Source: Deltaproteobacteria bacterium (lineage in GTDB: Bacteria > Myxococcota_A > UBA796 > SXON01). From it: a DNA stretch of 64,000 nucleotides. Position 1 is the first letter of the stretch; each line of letters starts with the position of its first letter. Both the position numbers and the translations under genes were made by a program. The stretch spans positions 11,020 through 75,019 of the forward strand of contig BJHF01000016.1 of the NCBI GenBank assembly GCA_014191855.1, read 5' to 3'. The notes under the pieces were generated by a model, which saw only the letters and a list, made by a program, of their open reading frames with translations, made no database searches and was not told the DNA's origin. Of this stretch, positions 28,802 to 38,695 are shown piece after piece.

Positions 28802-29653
28802 CTATCCGCCCTTGGCCGCACCCGCCTTCACCGGCTTCTCGAAGATCCACGTGGCCGCCGCCTGGAGGTTGGGCACGGTGCCCACGCGGTCATTGTCGAT
28901 CACGTAGGCGAGCGCGAGCACGTTGATGGTCGGCACCGCGGGCGTGATCCCCGGCTTGAAGGACACGATCCCGCCGACGGTGAGGCTGCGATCGCCGGAC
29001 TCCAGCGCCATGCGATCCCGCACCGTCGCCCCCACGCGGAACAGGGGCTTCGTGCCGCCCGGGAGCACCTCGTAGAGCAGGCCGCCCTGGTTCTCCACCA
29101 ACACATCGTCCCAAGCCACCACGAGATCGCGGTTCGGCTCGTAGACGTACGGCGCTGCGAGGCCATCCGGGTTCTCCAAGTGCAACATGCTGAACGAACA
29201 CGCGTCGAAGATCACGATCGGGCCCAGCTTGGCTTTCACCGTGGGCGTCGCGCTCAGCACCAGCCCGCTCCCGCTGAAGCCCTCGTCCTCCCGTGCCTTC
29301 CGCTCGTCCGTCCCCTTCCCGGAGGTCTCGTCGAACGGCAGGAGCCCCCGTCCGCCCCAACTGTAGTAGCCAAGGTAGCTGGCCTGGACTTCGAGATCGA
29401 ACACGTCGATGGGGGAGATCGAGAGCCGCGGCCCCACCTCGGCGTTCACGGGCGTGAACACCACCCGGAGGCCGGCGCCCGCGTAGGTGTCGTGGAACAA
29501 CCGGCTCTCCGAGCGGTGGAGCGGCACGCGGTACTGCGCGCGGGTATCCACCTGTGCGCCCTCCGGGAACAGCGAACCGCCGACCGACTGGCGCAGCCAC
29601 CACGAGGGTGCGTCGAGGGCGAAGGCGGCGGAGGCGAAGAGGGCGAGGAGCAT
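28802..29653 (-). CDS. Secreted protein, probable outer-membrane beta-barrel, 283 aa
   Basis: Short signal MLLALFASAAFA; alternating amphipathic strands; aromatic-rich final strand. Confidence 0.65.
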   Translation of the reverse strand: MLLALFASAAFALDAPSWWLRQSVGGSLFPEGAQVDTRAQYRVPLHRSESRLFHDTYAGAGLRVVFTPVNAEVGPRLSISPIDVFDLEVQASYLGYYSWGGRGLLPFDETSGKGTDERKAREDEGFSGSGLVLSATPTVKAKLGPIVIFDACSFSMLHLENPDGLAAPYVYEPNRDLVVAWDDVLVENQGGLLYEVLPGGTKPLFRVGATVRDRMALESGDRSLTVGGIVSFKPGITPAVPTINVLALAYVIDNDRVGTVPNLQAAATWIFEKPVKAGAAKGG

Positions 29654-29800
29654 GGACCGTCCGGGTTCAAGGCTGTTCTAAGGCACCTCCGAATGCTTGT
29701 CGTGAGCGAGTCTGATGGGCGTCTGACGCGCCGGCGATCGCCTCGGCTGCGCGCGACGAAGCCAGCCCGCCGGGCTATGGAGGGGAACCCTGGTGAATCC

Positions 29801-30256
29801 ATGAAATTCGAGCTGTCCCCGAAGCTGCGCGCCGACCTCGTGTGCTACGCGGGCATCAATCTTTCCGGGGAGCGCCGCGTGGTCGACATCCACGTCGTGA
29901 GCGGACGGCAGGGGGCCGATGTACCGACGGCGGAGCTCAAGTCCCTGGCGTTGATCGCGCCGCTCGGCACGCGCATGATCCTCAAGACGTGGGACGGCGA
30001 AGACTGGGAAGCGCACCCGTGGCGCTGCATTCGCATCGTGAAGGGGCACTGCTTCCGCAACAAGGAAGGCAACTTCGTGGTGCGCGTGCCCGACCTCGAA
30101 ACGCTGGACAAACCCGACGCCCAACGTACGGACCCGGAGCGCGAAGAGAGCTACCCGCTGGTGGAGAAGCTCTCGGAGGGCACGGGCTGGACCTTCGGCC
30201 GCGAAGGCGATCTCAAGGGTCGCGTGAAGGTGATCGTGATCGAGAAGGAGGGGTAG
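29801..30256 (+). CDS. Hypothetical cytoplasmic protein, 151 aa
   Basis: Strong GC3 bias; stop 5 nt before the ArsR gene. Confidence 0.75.
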   Translation: MKFELSPKLRADLVCYAGINLSGERRVVDIHVVSGRQGADVPTAELKSLALIAPLGTRMILKTWDGEDWEAHPWRCIRIVKGHCFRNKEGNFVVRVPDLETLDKPDAQRTDPEREESYPLVEKLSEGTGWTFGREGDLKGRVKVIVIEKEG

Positions 30257-30261
30257 CCCGC

Positions 30262-30570
30262 ATGCCGGAGCCCCGCGCCCTCAATGCCGACGAATGCGCG
30301 CCTGTGATGCGGGCGATCGCCGAGCCCATCCGGCTTCGAATCATATCCACGTTACGACACGGCCCCCTTGCGGTGTTTGAGCTCACGGAGCGGCTGGGGA
30401 TCAAGCAATACCAGGCTTCCCGGCACCTCACGGCGCTGTTCGAGCTGGGGGTGGTCACGCGAGCGCGGCAGGGAAAGCGGGTGATCTACGGCCTGTCGGA
30501 GGCCGTGCGGAACGAGCCCGACTCGGCGCCTTCCGTCGATCTGGGGTGCTGCCGGTTCAGTGTGGAGTGA
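30262..30570 (+). CDS. ArsR/SmtB-family transcriptional regulator, 102 aa
   Basis: AIAEPIRLRII, ASRHLTAL..LGVV, RQGKRVIY; C-terminal DLGCC; AAGGAGG SD. Confidence 0.9.
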   Translation: MPEPRALNADECAPVMRAIAEPIRLRIISTLRHGPLAVFELTERLGIKQYQASRHLTALFELGVVTRARQGKRVIYGLSEAVRNEPDSAPSVDLGCCRFSVE

Positions 30571-30586
30571 GCACGGCCGCGCCGAG

Positions 30587-31363
30587 TTACCCCGTCAAAC
30601 CGGCAAAATAGTCACACAGCTCCGCGGTGGCGGGCTGCGCGAACACCCGGTCCGCTGCGCCCTCGTCCGCAACGCGGCCGCCCCCCGGCGCTGGCCAGAG
30701 GCAAACGAGGTGCGTTGCGAGGCGCCGAGCCTGGGCGAGGTTGTGCGTCACCAACAGCAGCGTCGTCCTGCCGACGAGGGCGCGCAGGGTCTCCTCCACG
30801 AGCGCCGTGGACTGCGGATCGAGCGCGGCGCACGGCTCATCGAGCAGCAGAACCTGAGGATCGAGCGAGAGAGCGCGCGCAAGGCAGAGGCGCTGCTGCT
30901 GGCCACCGGAGAGCGCCGTCGCCGCAGAATCGAGCCGGTCCTTCACCTCGTCCCAGAGCGCCGCACGAACCAGCGCGGCCTGCACGCGCCCTTCCAGCTC
31001 CGACCGGGCAACGCCGTGCCCGCGCAGGGGAAAGCGGACGTTCTCGCGGATCGACATCGGGAAGGGCGTTGGGCGCTGAAAGATGAGCCCCACCCGGGTA
31101 CGGAGGGTGTAGTCGTCGAGGGTGCGAACGTCATCGCTCCCGACGCGGATCATCCCCTCCACCTGAACGTCCCGGTCCAGCTCGTGAAGCCGATTGATGG
31201 CGTGGAGCACCGACGTCTTTCCGCTGCCGGAGGGCCCGACGAGCGCGGTGATCACTCCCGGCGGGGCGGTGAATTCGGCACGATCCACCGCGACATGGCG
31301 GCCGTACCGCACCGTCACGCCGCGCACCTCCACGGTTGGATTCGTCGGCAGCGCGGCGCTCAT
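30587..31363 (-). CDS. pstB: Phosphate ABC transporter ATPase
   Basis: GPSGSGKT, FQRPTPFPMSI, LSGGQQQRLC, LLLDEP. Confidence 0.92.
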   Translation of the reverse strand: MSAALPTNPTVEVRGVTVRYGRHVAVDRAEFTAPPGVITALVGPSGSGKTSVLHAINRLHELDRDVQVEGMIRVGSDDVRTLDDYTLRTRVGLIFQRPTPFPMSIRENVRFPLRGHGVARSELEGRVQAALVRAALWDEVKDRLDSAATALSGGQQQRLCLARALSLDPQVLLLDEPCAALDPQSTALVEETLRALVGRTTLLLVTHNLAQARRLATHLVCLWPAPGGGRVADEGAADRVFAQPATAELCDYFAGLTG

Positions 31364-32190
31364 GCGTGCGCGTTCCGCAGGAACAGTCGAGGCAAGGCGG
31401 CGGCCGCGCCGGTCGTGGCGAGGATGCCTGCCAGCAGCACGAGCGCCGTGGCCGCCGCCCGCGCGCTCCCCCCGGGAACCTCCACGGCGAGGAGGTACAC
31501 GTGCACCGCGAGCACCCGACCCGGATCCAGCAGCCCCTCGGGCATTCGGGTTGAAGCGCCAGCGGTGAACAGGAACACCGCCGACTCCGCCATCACCCGA
31601 CCGGTCGCCAACACCAGCGCCGCTGCGATGCTTGGGGCAGCCTGCGGCAAAAGCACTCGTCGAAGCAACATCCAGCGCGGCAGCCCCAGGGCCAGCCCGG
31701 CCGCCCGGTAGTCATCGGGAACAGCGCGGAGGCCGGCTTCGCACAGCCGCACGAACAACGGCAGGATCATCATCGCCACGGTGAGCCCGCCCGAGAGCAC
31801 GGACCACCCCAGGCCGAGCGTTTCGCAGAAGAACGCCAATCCGAAGAGCCCGTAGACGACGGACGGAACCGCCGCGAGCAGGTCGAGGGCGCCCCGCACC
31901 GTTCGGAGCCCGGTGCGCCCAAATTCGGCAAGGTAAACGCCGGCTGCGAGGCCCACTGGCAGCGCCGCGCCCACTCCGATGAGCAGCACCCACCCCGTGG
32001 CCGCAAGGATGGAGGCAATGCCGCCCGAACGGCCTGCCTGGCTCGGCGACTCGGTCAAAAAGCTCCGGTCAATCTGCCCCAAGCCGTCCCACGCTACGTC
32101 AACCACGATGGCGGCCACCAGCCCCACCACCAGGGCCGGCGCAAGGCCAAGGGCCAAGGCCGCGAAGCGGTCACGGGTGCGCGCGGTCAT
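31360..32190 (-). CDS. pstA: Phosphate ABC transporter permease
   Basis: LAAVPSVVYGLFG, EAA-like loop, ATGA overlap, operon context. Confidence 0.9.
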   Translation of the reverse strand: MTARTRDRFAALALGLAPALVVGLVAAIVVDVAWDGLGQIDRSFLTESPSQAGRSGGIASILAATGWVLLIGVGAALPVGLAAGVYLAEFGRTGLRTVRGALDLLAAVPSVVYGLFGLAFFCETLGLGWSVLSGGLTVAMMILPLFVRLCEAGLRAVPDDYRAAGLALGLPRWMLLRRVLLPQAAPSIAAALVLATGRVMAESAVFLFTAGASTRMPEGLLDPGRVLAVHVYLLAVEVPGGSARAAATALVLLAGILATTGAAAALPRLFLRNAHA

Positions 32191-33023
32191 GCCCGTCGGT
32201 GCTCCAAGGCCAGAATCCCGGCGACCAACGCGAACAGCAGCGCCGCCGAAACAAACAGCGCCGAGCGGTGCAGATCCATCGCATACGCCATTTCCACCGC
32301 GACGTTTCCCGTGAGCGTACGGAACGCGGTGAACGGGCCCGTCGGGTACTGCACGGTGTTCCCGGCCACCATCAGCACCGCCATCGTTTCGCCTACGGCC
32401 CGGCCCAGCGCCAGCACGAGCCCGGTGCGGATCCCGCGCGAGGCCATGGGCAACACCACGCCCCGAGCGCCGTCCCAGGCACCCAACCCCAGGGCCCGTA
32501 CCGCGCGGATTCCATCCGTAGGCACCTGCTGGATCGCCGCGTCAATGGCGGAGGCGGCAGTGGGCAGCACCATCGCGGCGAGCGTTACGACGGTTACCCC
32601 CAGCCCGAGGCCCGGCGGGTGATCCCGCACCAGGAGGGGCACCAGCCTAGTGAGCGCAACCAGGCCGAACACCACGCTCGGGACCCCGGCCAAGAGCCCC
32701 ACGCCGGCACGTGAAACCGCCGCCAAGCGCGGCCCGGCGAAGAGGTTGACGTGGAGGCCGTACGCTACCGCCACCGGCCCCACCAGGATCAACGCCGCGA
32801 TGCTGGACACCAAGGTCCCCGCGATCATCGGGAGCAGGTTGTACTGGCCAGAGGGCGGCGCCCAGCGGGAATCCATCACGAAGGGGAGCCCCCCCGTGGC
32901 GCGGAGGGCAGGCCACGCCTGAACCCCCACAAAAACAGCGATCAAGCCTGGGAGTACGACGGCAATCCAGCTTGCGGGGCGGAGCGCGGCGGCGAAGGTC
33001 GCGTCAGCGAGCGGCCGTCGCAT
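32187..33023 (-). CDS. pstC: Phosphate ABC transporter permease
   Basis: LAGVPSVVFG, GRAVGETMAV.MVAGN. Confidence 0.9.
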   Translation of the reverse strand: MRRPLADATFAAALRPASWIAVVLPGLIAVFVGVQAWPALRATGGLPFVMDSRWAPPSGQYNLLPMIAGTLVSSIAALILVGPVAVAYGLHVNLFAGPRLAAVSRAGVGLLAGVPSVVFGLVALTRLVPLLVRDHPPGLGLGVTVVTLAAMVLPTAASAIDAAIQQVPTDGIRAVRALGLGAWDGARGVVLPMASRGIRTGLVLALGRAVGETMAVLMVAGNTVQYPTGPFTAFRTLTGNVAVEMAYAMDLHRSALFVSAALLFALVAGILALEHRRA

Positions 33024-33846
33024 TCCCCACCGCCACAAAGTCCTCTTTGGCCACGATGGCCTGCCCGTCACTCGAGAGCACGAAGCCGATGAAGTCGAGG
33101 GCAGCGCCCGCGGGCGGCCCCTTGGTGACCAGGTTCAACGGGCGCATCAGCGGGTACGAGCCGTTGGCGACGTTCTCCACCGAGGCCATCACCCCGTCGA
33201 GCGGGAGGCGCTTGATCGTCGCCCCCTCCGCTTCCGCGACCGCGGCCGAGCCGATCGACACGTAGGCGATCGCGTGCGGGTTGCCCGCGACGGTCGTGAT
33301 CGCCTGACCGTTCGGTCCGATGATCACGGCGCCGGGCAGGATCTTGTCCTTGAGCCCGAAGTGATGCTCGAACAGCTCGAGCGTCGAACGACCCTGCTCT
33401 TTGTTCACCACCGTGATCGCGTGGTTCTCCCCGCCCAGCGCGCTCCAATTCGTCGCCGCCCCGGTGTAGATCGACACCACCTGATCGCGCGTGATCGCCG
33501 AAACCGGATTGCTGGCGTGAACGACGATCGCCACCCCGTCCAGGGCGATCGTGGTCGCCGTCAGGTCCCCCTCCTCCGCCTTCAGCGCGCGGCTCACCGT
33601 GCCCACATCCGCGAGCCCCGAGCGAGCCGACGAGATCCCCACCGCCGAGCCGCCGCCCTGCACATCCACACGCACGTTGGGATGCAGCTTCTCGTAGGCC
33701 TGCCCCGCGATCTCGACCACGGGCTGCACCGTGCTGGAGCCCGCCAGCGTGAGCTGCATCACGGTCTCCGGGGCCGCGAACGAGGCGCCATCGGAGCGCG
33801 CGCTCGCGGGTTCCAAACTGCAGGCGAGCAGAACGAGCGCGACCAT
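33004..33846 (-). CDS. pstS: Phosphate ABC transporter substrate-binding lipoprotein
   Basis: MVALVLLAC; GSSTV, GGGSAVG, IALDG, GSYPLMRPL. Confidence 0.9.
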   Translation of the reverse strand: MVALVLLACSLEPASARSDGASFAAPETVMQLTLAGSSTVQPVVEIAGQAYEKLHPNVRVDVQGGGSAVGISSARSGLADVGTVSRALKAEEGDLTATTIALDGVAIVVHASNPVSAITRDQVVSIYTGAATNWSALGGENHAITVVNKEQGRSTLELFEHHFGLKDKILPGAVIIGPNGQAITTVAGNPHAIAYVSIGSAAVAEAEGATIKRLPLDGVMASVENVANGSYPLMRPLNLVTKGPPAGAALDFIGFVLSSDGQAIVAKEDFVAVGNATAAR

Positions 33847-33930
33847 CGAGCTTCCGGGGCAGCAGGCGTGCGCGGTCGAAGCGGTCAGCCGCTCATATGC
33901 GCCCCGCCGCATACCACGAACTCCCCGCCG

Positions 33931-35523
33931 CTACCAGACGCCGTAGCTCCCGCCGTACGCCCCGATGTCGCTCCGGCTCCCGTCCACGTCGAACACGTCC
34001 GTCTTCCCCGCGTCGATGCACGTGCTGCTCGACTTCAGGGTGAAGTCGTCGTTCGTCCAGTCCACGTCGTTGCTCACCGAAGCGAAGCTCGGATCGCTGG
34101 TCAGATTTCCGCTGCCCTTGCCCGACCAGAGGTCCGCGCTGGTGTCGCTGTCGTCGTAGTCCGGGAAGTTGCCCGACACGTCGTTGTACGAGAACGAGAA
34201 GGTGCTCGCGGCATTATCCGCGAACGCCCCGACGCCCAGATTGCCGTAGATGACGTTGTTGTAGACGGTGGGCGTGGTGCCGTTCCATTGCGTGAACCCC
34301 GCGCCCCACTCCGTTTCCAACACGTTGTTGAACGCGATCACGTTGTTCGCGACCGTTACCTTGTCGTACCCGGCGTACGGTTCGTACACGACGATGCCGC
34401 CGCCGAGCGCGCTCGCCCGGTTGTCCGCGATCACGTTGTTCAGGATCATCGTGCCGTTCGGCCCGCCGATCTGCACGTCGATGCCGCCCCCCTGGCCGTC
34501 CTTCGCCAACCCCTCCCCGTCGGCCTCCGCGCTGTCGTCCGCCTCGTTCCCGAGCAGGTAGTTGTTCACGATTAGCGCGTCGCTGTACGCGAGCCAGATG
34601 GCCCCGCCGTCGCCCGCCGTGTTTTCAGCCATGTAGTTGTCCATGACCGTCGGGGCGCCCCCACGGATGTCGATGGCGCCGCCATCGCAACCGTTTTCCG
34701 GGCCGTCGATGCACGCGTCGTTCTGGGTGATCTCGTTGCCGAGGATCGAGGGCGAACCGTTGTAGATCCGGATTCCACCCCCCACGCCGTTCTCGGTGGT
34801 GATGGTGTTCCCCGTGATCACGTTGTCTTCGATGGTGGGCGAACACTCCTTGATTCGGATTCCCGCGCCGGTGCCGCCGCCGCCGTTGGTGATCGTGAAC
34901 CCCGAAACCCGCGCGTTATCCTCGTCCAGGTCCCCGTCTCCGTCTTCTTCGAGGATCAGGCAGGAGTCCCCACCGCCGCCGTCGATGGTGGTAGCGCTCG
35001 GGCCGGAGAGCGACTCGAGGTTCACGCCGTACCCGTGGAAGTCCACGTTCTCGGCGTAGGTCCCGTAATACGCGCGCGCTTCGTTGCAGCCCGTCGCCCC
35101 GGCTTCGTCCACCGCCTCTTGCAGCGTGCCCATCGGATCGCTCGGGCGACCATCCCCCGACGCGCCTTCCATGGCGTAGTACGGGCAATAGTCGGCGCAG
35201 TCGAGGATCGAGTCGGCGTCGAGGTCCCCCTCACCGGAGGTGCCACCGGTGCAGTCGTTGTCCTTGCCGTCACACAGCTCCGGGGCGCCGGGGTACACCG
35301 TGTCGTCTGCGTCGTCACAATCGTCGCCGCCCGTCTCAAGGGAGTAGTGCCCGTCACCATCGGCGTCCACCGGCGTAACGCCGCTATCCCCCGTGTCTTC
35401 CGGCTCGCCCGTGTCGTCGCTGTTGCCGCCCGAGTCGGCGTGCAGCGGGTCTTTGCCTGCGGAGTCGAAGCCGGCGTTGCAGGCGAACAGCATCACGGTC
35501 GGGAGCAGGAAGCGCATGGCCAT
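33931..35523 (-). CDS. Lipoprotein with MopE-like repeat and right-handed parallel beta-helix, 530 aa
   Basis: MLFAC lipobox, DCDD repeat, GGGI/GGAI/N-rich helical repeats, C-terminal DGSRSDIGAYGG. Confidence 0.85.
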   Translation of the reverse strand: MAMRFLLPTVMLFACNAGFDSAGKDPLHADSGGNSDDTGEPEDTGDSGVTPVDADGDGHYSLETGGDDCDDADDTVYPGAPELCDGKDNDCTGGTSGEGDLDADSILDCADYCPYYAMEGASGDGRPSDPMGTLQEAVDEAGATGCNEARAYYGTYAENVDFHGYGVNLESLSGPSATTIDGGGGDSCLILEEDGDGDLDEDNARVSGFTITNGGGGTGAGIRIKECSPTIEDNVITGNTITTENGVGGGIRIYNGSPSILGNEITQNDACIDGPENGCDGGAIDIRGGAPTVMDNYMAENTAGDGGAIWLAYSDALIVNNYLLGNEADDSAEADGEGLAKDGQGGGIDVQIGGPNGTMILNNVIADNRASALGGGIVVYEPYAGYDKVTVANNVIAFNNVLETEWGAGFTQWNGTTPTVYNNVIYGNLGVGAFADNAASTFSFSYNDVSGNFPDYDDSDTSADLWSGKGSGNLTSDPSFASVSNDVDWTNDDFTLKSSSTCIDAGKTDVFDVDGSRSDIGAYGGSYGVW

Positions 35524-35586
35524 TCCGGGGAGGGCGCGTTGTACACGGTCTGCGCCGGATGTCAAGGAACCGTTTGGGGGCACTTG

Positions 35587-35661
35587 CCGGGCGATGCGGC
35601 AGGCCCGTTCGCGGGGCCGCGATCTGCGCGGATCCGCATCGCGGCTGCCTCCGAGCGGGCC
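35587..35661. repeat. Conserved intergenic element, copy 1
   Basis: CCGGGCGATGCG-N2-AGGCCC-...-CGCATCGCGG-...-GCGGGCC blocks shared with 54372-54444. Confidence 0.6.
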
Positions 35662-35683
35662 GCACGATCGGTTAAACGCCAGC

Positions 35684-37324
35684 GTGGACTCGTCGCCCGC
35701 TCGCCCCTGGATCCTCGCCTGGGTCGCGCCGCTCACGTTTGTCGTGCACGCGCTCGGTGCTCACGCGGACCGGATCGGCCTCTGGGGAGACGACGCGTTG
35801 TACCTCAGCATGGCGGAGTCCCTCCGCAGGGGCGGACCGCTGGTGGCGGAGGCGTTGCCAGGCGCCCCGGGCGTCGCGAAGTACCCGCTGCTCTGGCCGG
35901 CCTCGATCGCCGCCCTGCAGGATCTTGGCGCCTCTCTCAACGCGATCCTGATCCTGAACGCGGCCCTGTGGGCGGTGGCGGCCCAGCTCGTCGTCAGCCG
36001 GTTGATGCCCTCCTTCCAGGCAAGTTGGCGCGCGCAGGTCGCGGCCGGGCTGATGATCGCCGTCAACACGATGACCATGGACCTCGTACCCCAATTGATG
36101 TCGGAGGCGCTGTTCACGCTCGCCCTCGTCTGCGCGCTCACGATCGTGGTGCGGGGCGCTGAGCGGCCCCGGTCGTGGGTGGCCCTCGCGCTCTGCACGG
36201 CGATCGCGGCGAGCACCCGCAACGTCGGCGGCCTCTACGCGCTGGGCGGGGGCTTCTTGGCATTTGTGGCGGGGCACCGCCGGGAGTCCGCCGCGCTCCT
36301 ATCGGGCTGGGCGGTAGCGGCGGTGGCGCTCCACGTCGAGCGCAGCCTGACAACGCTCCCGACGGGTCCCACCCTTGAGCTGCTTCGATACTACGTCAGC
36401 TACGACGTACACACGGGGTGGTATGCGGATCGCTGGGCCGCCGGGGGCCTGGGCGAGCTCGCGAGGGGCACCCTGCACATCGTCCGCGGAAACCTGAATT
36501 ATGGGCCGAAAAGCCTCGGACTGTACCTCGCCCCCACCGCCTGGGCGGACGCCGCCTCCGGGGCGGCCCCCGGCCTCGGCACGGTGGGCGTCGGCTGCGC
36601 GGCGTTCGTGGCCGGCGCGCTCGCCTCCTGGCAGGCCCCCAAGGCCCGTCCGATCGCGTTGTTGCTGCTGCTCCACATCGCCGTGTTCCTCCTGTGGACC
36701 TGGCCGTTCTCCAGCCGGTTCTGGCTCCCGGTTTTTCCGCTCGTCGTGGCGCTGGGCGCCACGGCGGTTGATCGCCTCGGCAACGTCGGGAAGCTCCTGG
36801 TGCTGCCCGTCGCGGCGCTCACCGTCGCGCTCAACGGGCTTCAGCCCTTCTACACGGCCCGGGTGCGGCTCCTTGGCGAAGCGCCGATCGCCGAGGCGGA
36901 TGCCGCGACTCGCGAGGAGGAAGCGGCGCTCACGCGCACCGTCGCAGGAATTCGCGACCGCGTACGGCCGGGAGACGTACTCGCCGGCGAGGCGACCGTG
37001 TTCTGGTTCGCGCACCCGGTGGGCGCGTCGGCTGTGGAGCTGCGAAACCTCGTGCCGTTCGCGGCCTCGCTTGAGGAAACCTTCGATATCCCACGCACTG
37101 CCGCCGCGAAGGCCGCCACCAGCGAAGCGTTCGCCACCAACCTCCGCACCCTCCGCGCGCTCACCCCGCCGGAGCGCACGGTCTGGATCGCCTACGACCC
37201 GCGCCGGATGGAGCCCCAGCGGGACTGGATTCGGGATGCGCTCGCCGCCGGCGTCCTCACAGCGGAGGCGGAGATCGGAATGTTGCGCCTGCTCTCGGTA
37301 ACGCCAGCCCCCGGATCGAATTAG
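35684..37324 (+). CDS. Polytopic GT-C (PMT/ArnT-like) glycosyltransferase candidate, 546 aa
   Basis: GDDALY acidic dipeptide after TM1, YPLLWP, MSEALF, RFWLP; about 11 TMs; start uncertain. Confidence 0.7.
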   Translation: MDSSPARPWILAWVAPLTFVVHALGAHADRIGLWGDDALYLSMAESLRRGGPLVAEALPGAPGVAKYPLLWPASIAALQDLGASLNAILILNAALWAVAAQLVVSRLMPSFQASWRAQVAAGLMIAVNTMTMDLVPQLMSEALFTLALVCALTIVVRGAERPRSWVALALCTAIAASTRNVGGLYALGGGFLAFVAGHRRESAALLSGWAVAAVALHVERSLTTLPTGPTLELLRYYVSYDVHTGWYADRWAAGGLGELARGTLHIVRGNLNYGPKSLGLYLAPTAWADAASGAAPGLGTVGVGCAAFVAGALASWQAPKARPIALLLLLHIAVFLLWTWPFSSRFWLPVFPLVVALGATAVDRLGNVGKLLVLPVAALTVALNGLQPFYTARVRLLGEAPIAEADAATREEEAALTRTVAGIRDRVRPGDVLAGEATVFWFAHPVGASAVELRNLVPFAASLEETFDIPRTAAAKAATSEAFATNLRTLRALTPPERTVWIAYDPRRMEPQRDWIRDALAAGVLTAEAEIGMLRLLSVTPAPGSN

Positions 37325-37334
37325 CCGCCGTTGC

Positions 37335-38144
37335 ATGTCCATCGACTCCTACTTCAACGGCAAACACGTCTTCATCACCGGCGGATCGAGCGGGATCGGC
37401 TTCGCCGCCGCGGAGCGGCTGGTGAAGGCCGGGGCCAAGGTCACCATCGCGGCGCGGCGCGTGGATGTGCTCGAAGAAGCCCGCAAGAAGCTGGGCCCGA
37501 ACGCCCTGTCCCTCCCGCTGGACATCGCCAACGAAGCGGAGGTCATGGACAGGGCCGTGAAACACGCCGCGGCCCACCCGGTGGACATGCTGATCAACAA
37601 CGCCGGCGTCGTGATGCCGGGCCGATTCCTCGATCTCCCCACCGACCAGTTTCGCTGGATGATGGACATCAACTACTTCGGCACCGTGCACTGCTGCAAG
37701 GCCCTCATCCCGAGCATGCAGGCGCGCGGCGGCGGCCACATCCTCAACGTGTCGTCGATGGCCGGCGTCATCGGCATCTACGGATACACCGCCTACTCCG
37801 CCACGAAGTTCGCGCTCTGCGGCTTCTCCCAGTGCCTGCGCTCGGAGATGTGGCCGCACAACATCCGGGTGAGCGTGTGCCTCCCGCCGGACACCGACAC
37901 CCCGCAGCTCGCCTTCGAGAATCAGTACAAGCCGGCGGAAACCAAGGCGATCGCCGGGAACGTGAAGACGATGCCCGCCGCCGACGTGGCGAACACCATG
38001 CTCGCCGGCATGGCCGCGGGCAGCTTCGAGATCATCCCCGGCTTCGACGGCTGGTCGAGCGCCTTCGCCCAGCGGCTCGTGCCCGGCGTGGTGCGCATGG
38101 TTTGCGACTCGTCGCAGAAAAAGGCGGGTAAGCTCCCGGCGTGA
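37335..38144 (+). CDS. Classical SDR oxidoreductase, KDSR-like, 269 aa
   Basis: TGGSSGIG, NNAG, YSATK, PPDTDTP. Confidence 0.85.
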   Translation: MSIDSYFNGKHVFITGGSSGIGFAAAERLVKAGAKVTIAARRVDVLEEARKKLGPNALSLPLDIANEAEVMDRAVKHAAAHPVDMLINNAGVVMPGRFLDLPTDQFRWMMDINYFGTVHCCKALIPSMQARGGGHILNVSSMAGVIGIYGYTAYSATKFALCGFSQCLRSEMWPHNIRVSVCLPPDTDTPQLAFENQYKPAETKAIAGNVKTMPAADVANTMLAGMAAGSFEIIPGFDGWSSAFAQRLVPGVVRMVCDSSQKKAGKLPA

Positions 38145-38692
38145 CCATGCTGCCCCTGCTCTTCGGGTTCACCGGCTGCGGCGAAGAAGCCGCGCTTGGG
38201 AAGGACGCAGCGGACACCGCCCCGCTCCCATGCGACGAGCGCCCAGCCTCGGTGGCGATCGGCGGAAGCGGAACCGACGAGCTTCAACGTCCGATCTGGA
38301 CCGAGATGCCGGAAGGCAGCGAGCAGACCATGGTGCACGGGCCCCAGGGGGGCTGGCACATCCTCGCCAGCGCCGACGTGCAGAGCACCGACGACATCGT
38401 AACCATCGAGTACACGATCACCTGGCCCGCGCGCGCCGACGCCCAGCTCAGCTACGGCAGCTTCCGCGTGATGCTCGTGCCCGACGCGCGTTGTGGCGGC
38501 TACTACGCCGGGATGCTCGGCATCCTCGACGTGAGCGATCTCGCCTCGGGAGAAGCGGATACGCCCCCCGAGCTGCTGGCCGGCGAAACGCTGAGCCTCA
38601 CCATGAACGTCATCGACCTCAACGGCCTCACCGCCTCCGACGCCGTGAACATCGTCGCGGCGCTCGACCCGGATGATGTTCCCGTCGAGTAA
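38141..38692 (+). CDS. Hypothetical lipoprotein with HGPQGGWH motif, 183 aa
   Basis: LLFGFTGC lipobox; GTGA overlap with the SDR gene. Confidence 0.7.
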   Translation: MTMLPLLFGFTGCGEEAALGKDAADTAPLPCDERPASVAIGGSGTDELQRPIWTEMPEGSEQTMVHGPQGGWHILASADVQSTDDIVTIEYTITWPARADAQLSYGSFRVMLVPDARCGGYYAGMLGILDVSDLASGEADTPPELLAGETLSLTMNVIDLNGLTASDAVNIVAALDPDDVPVE

Positions 38693-38695
38693 CGG

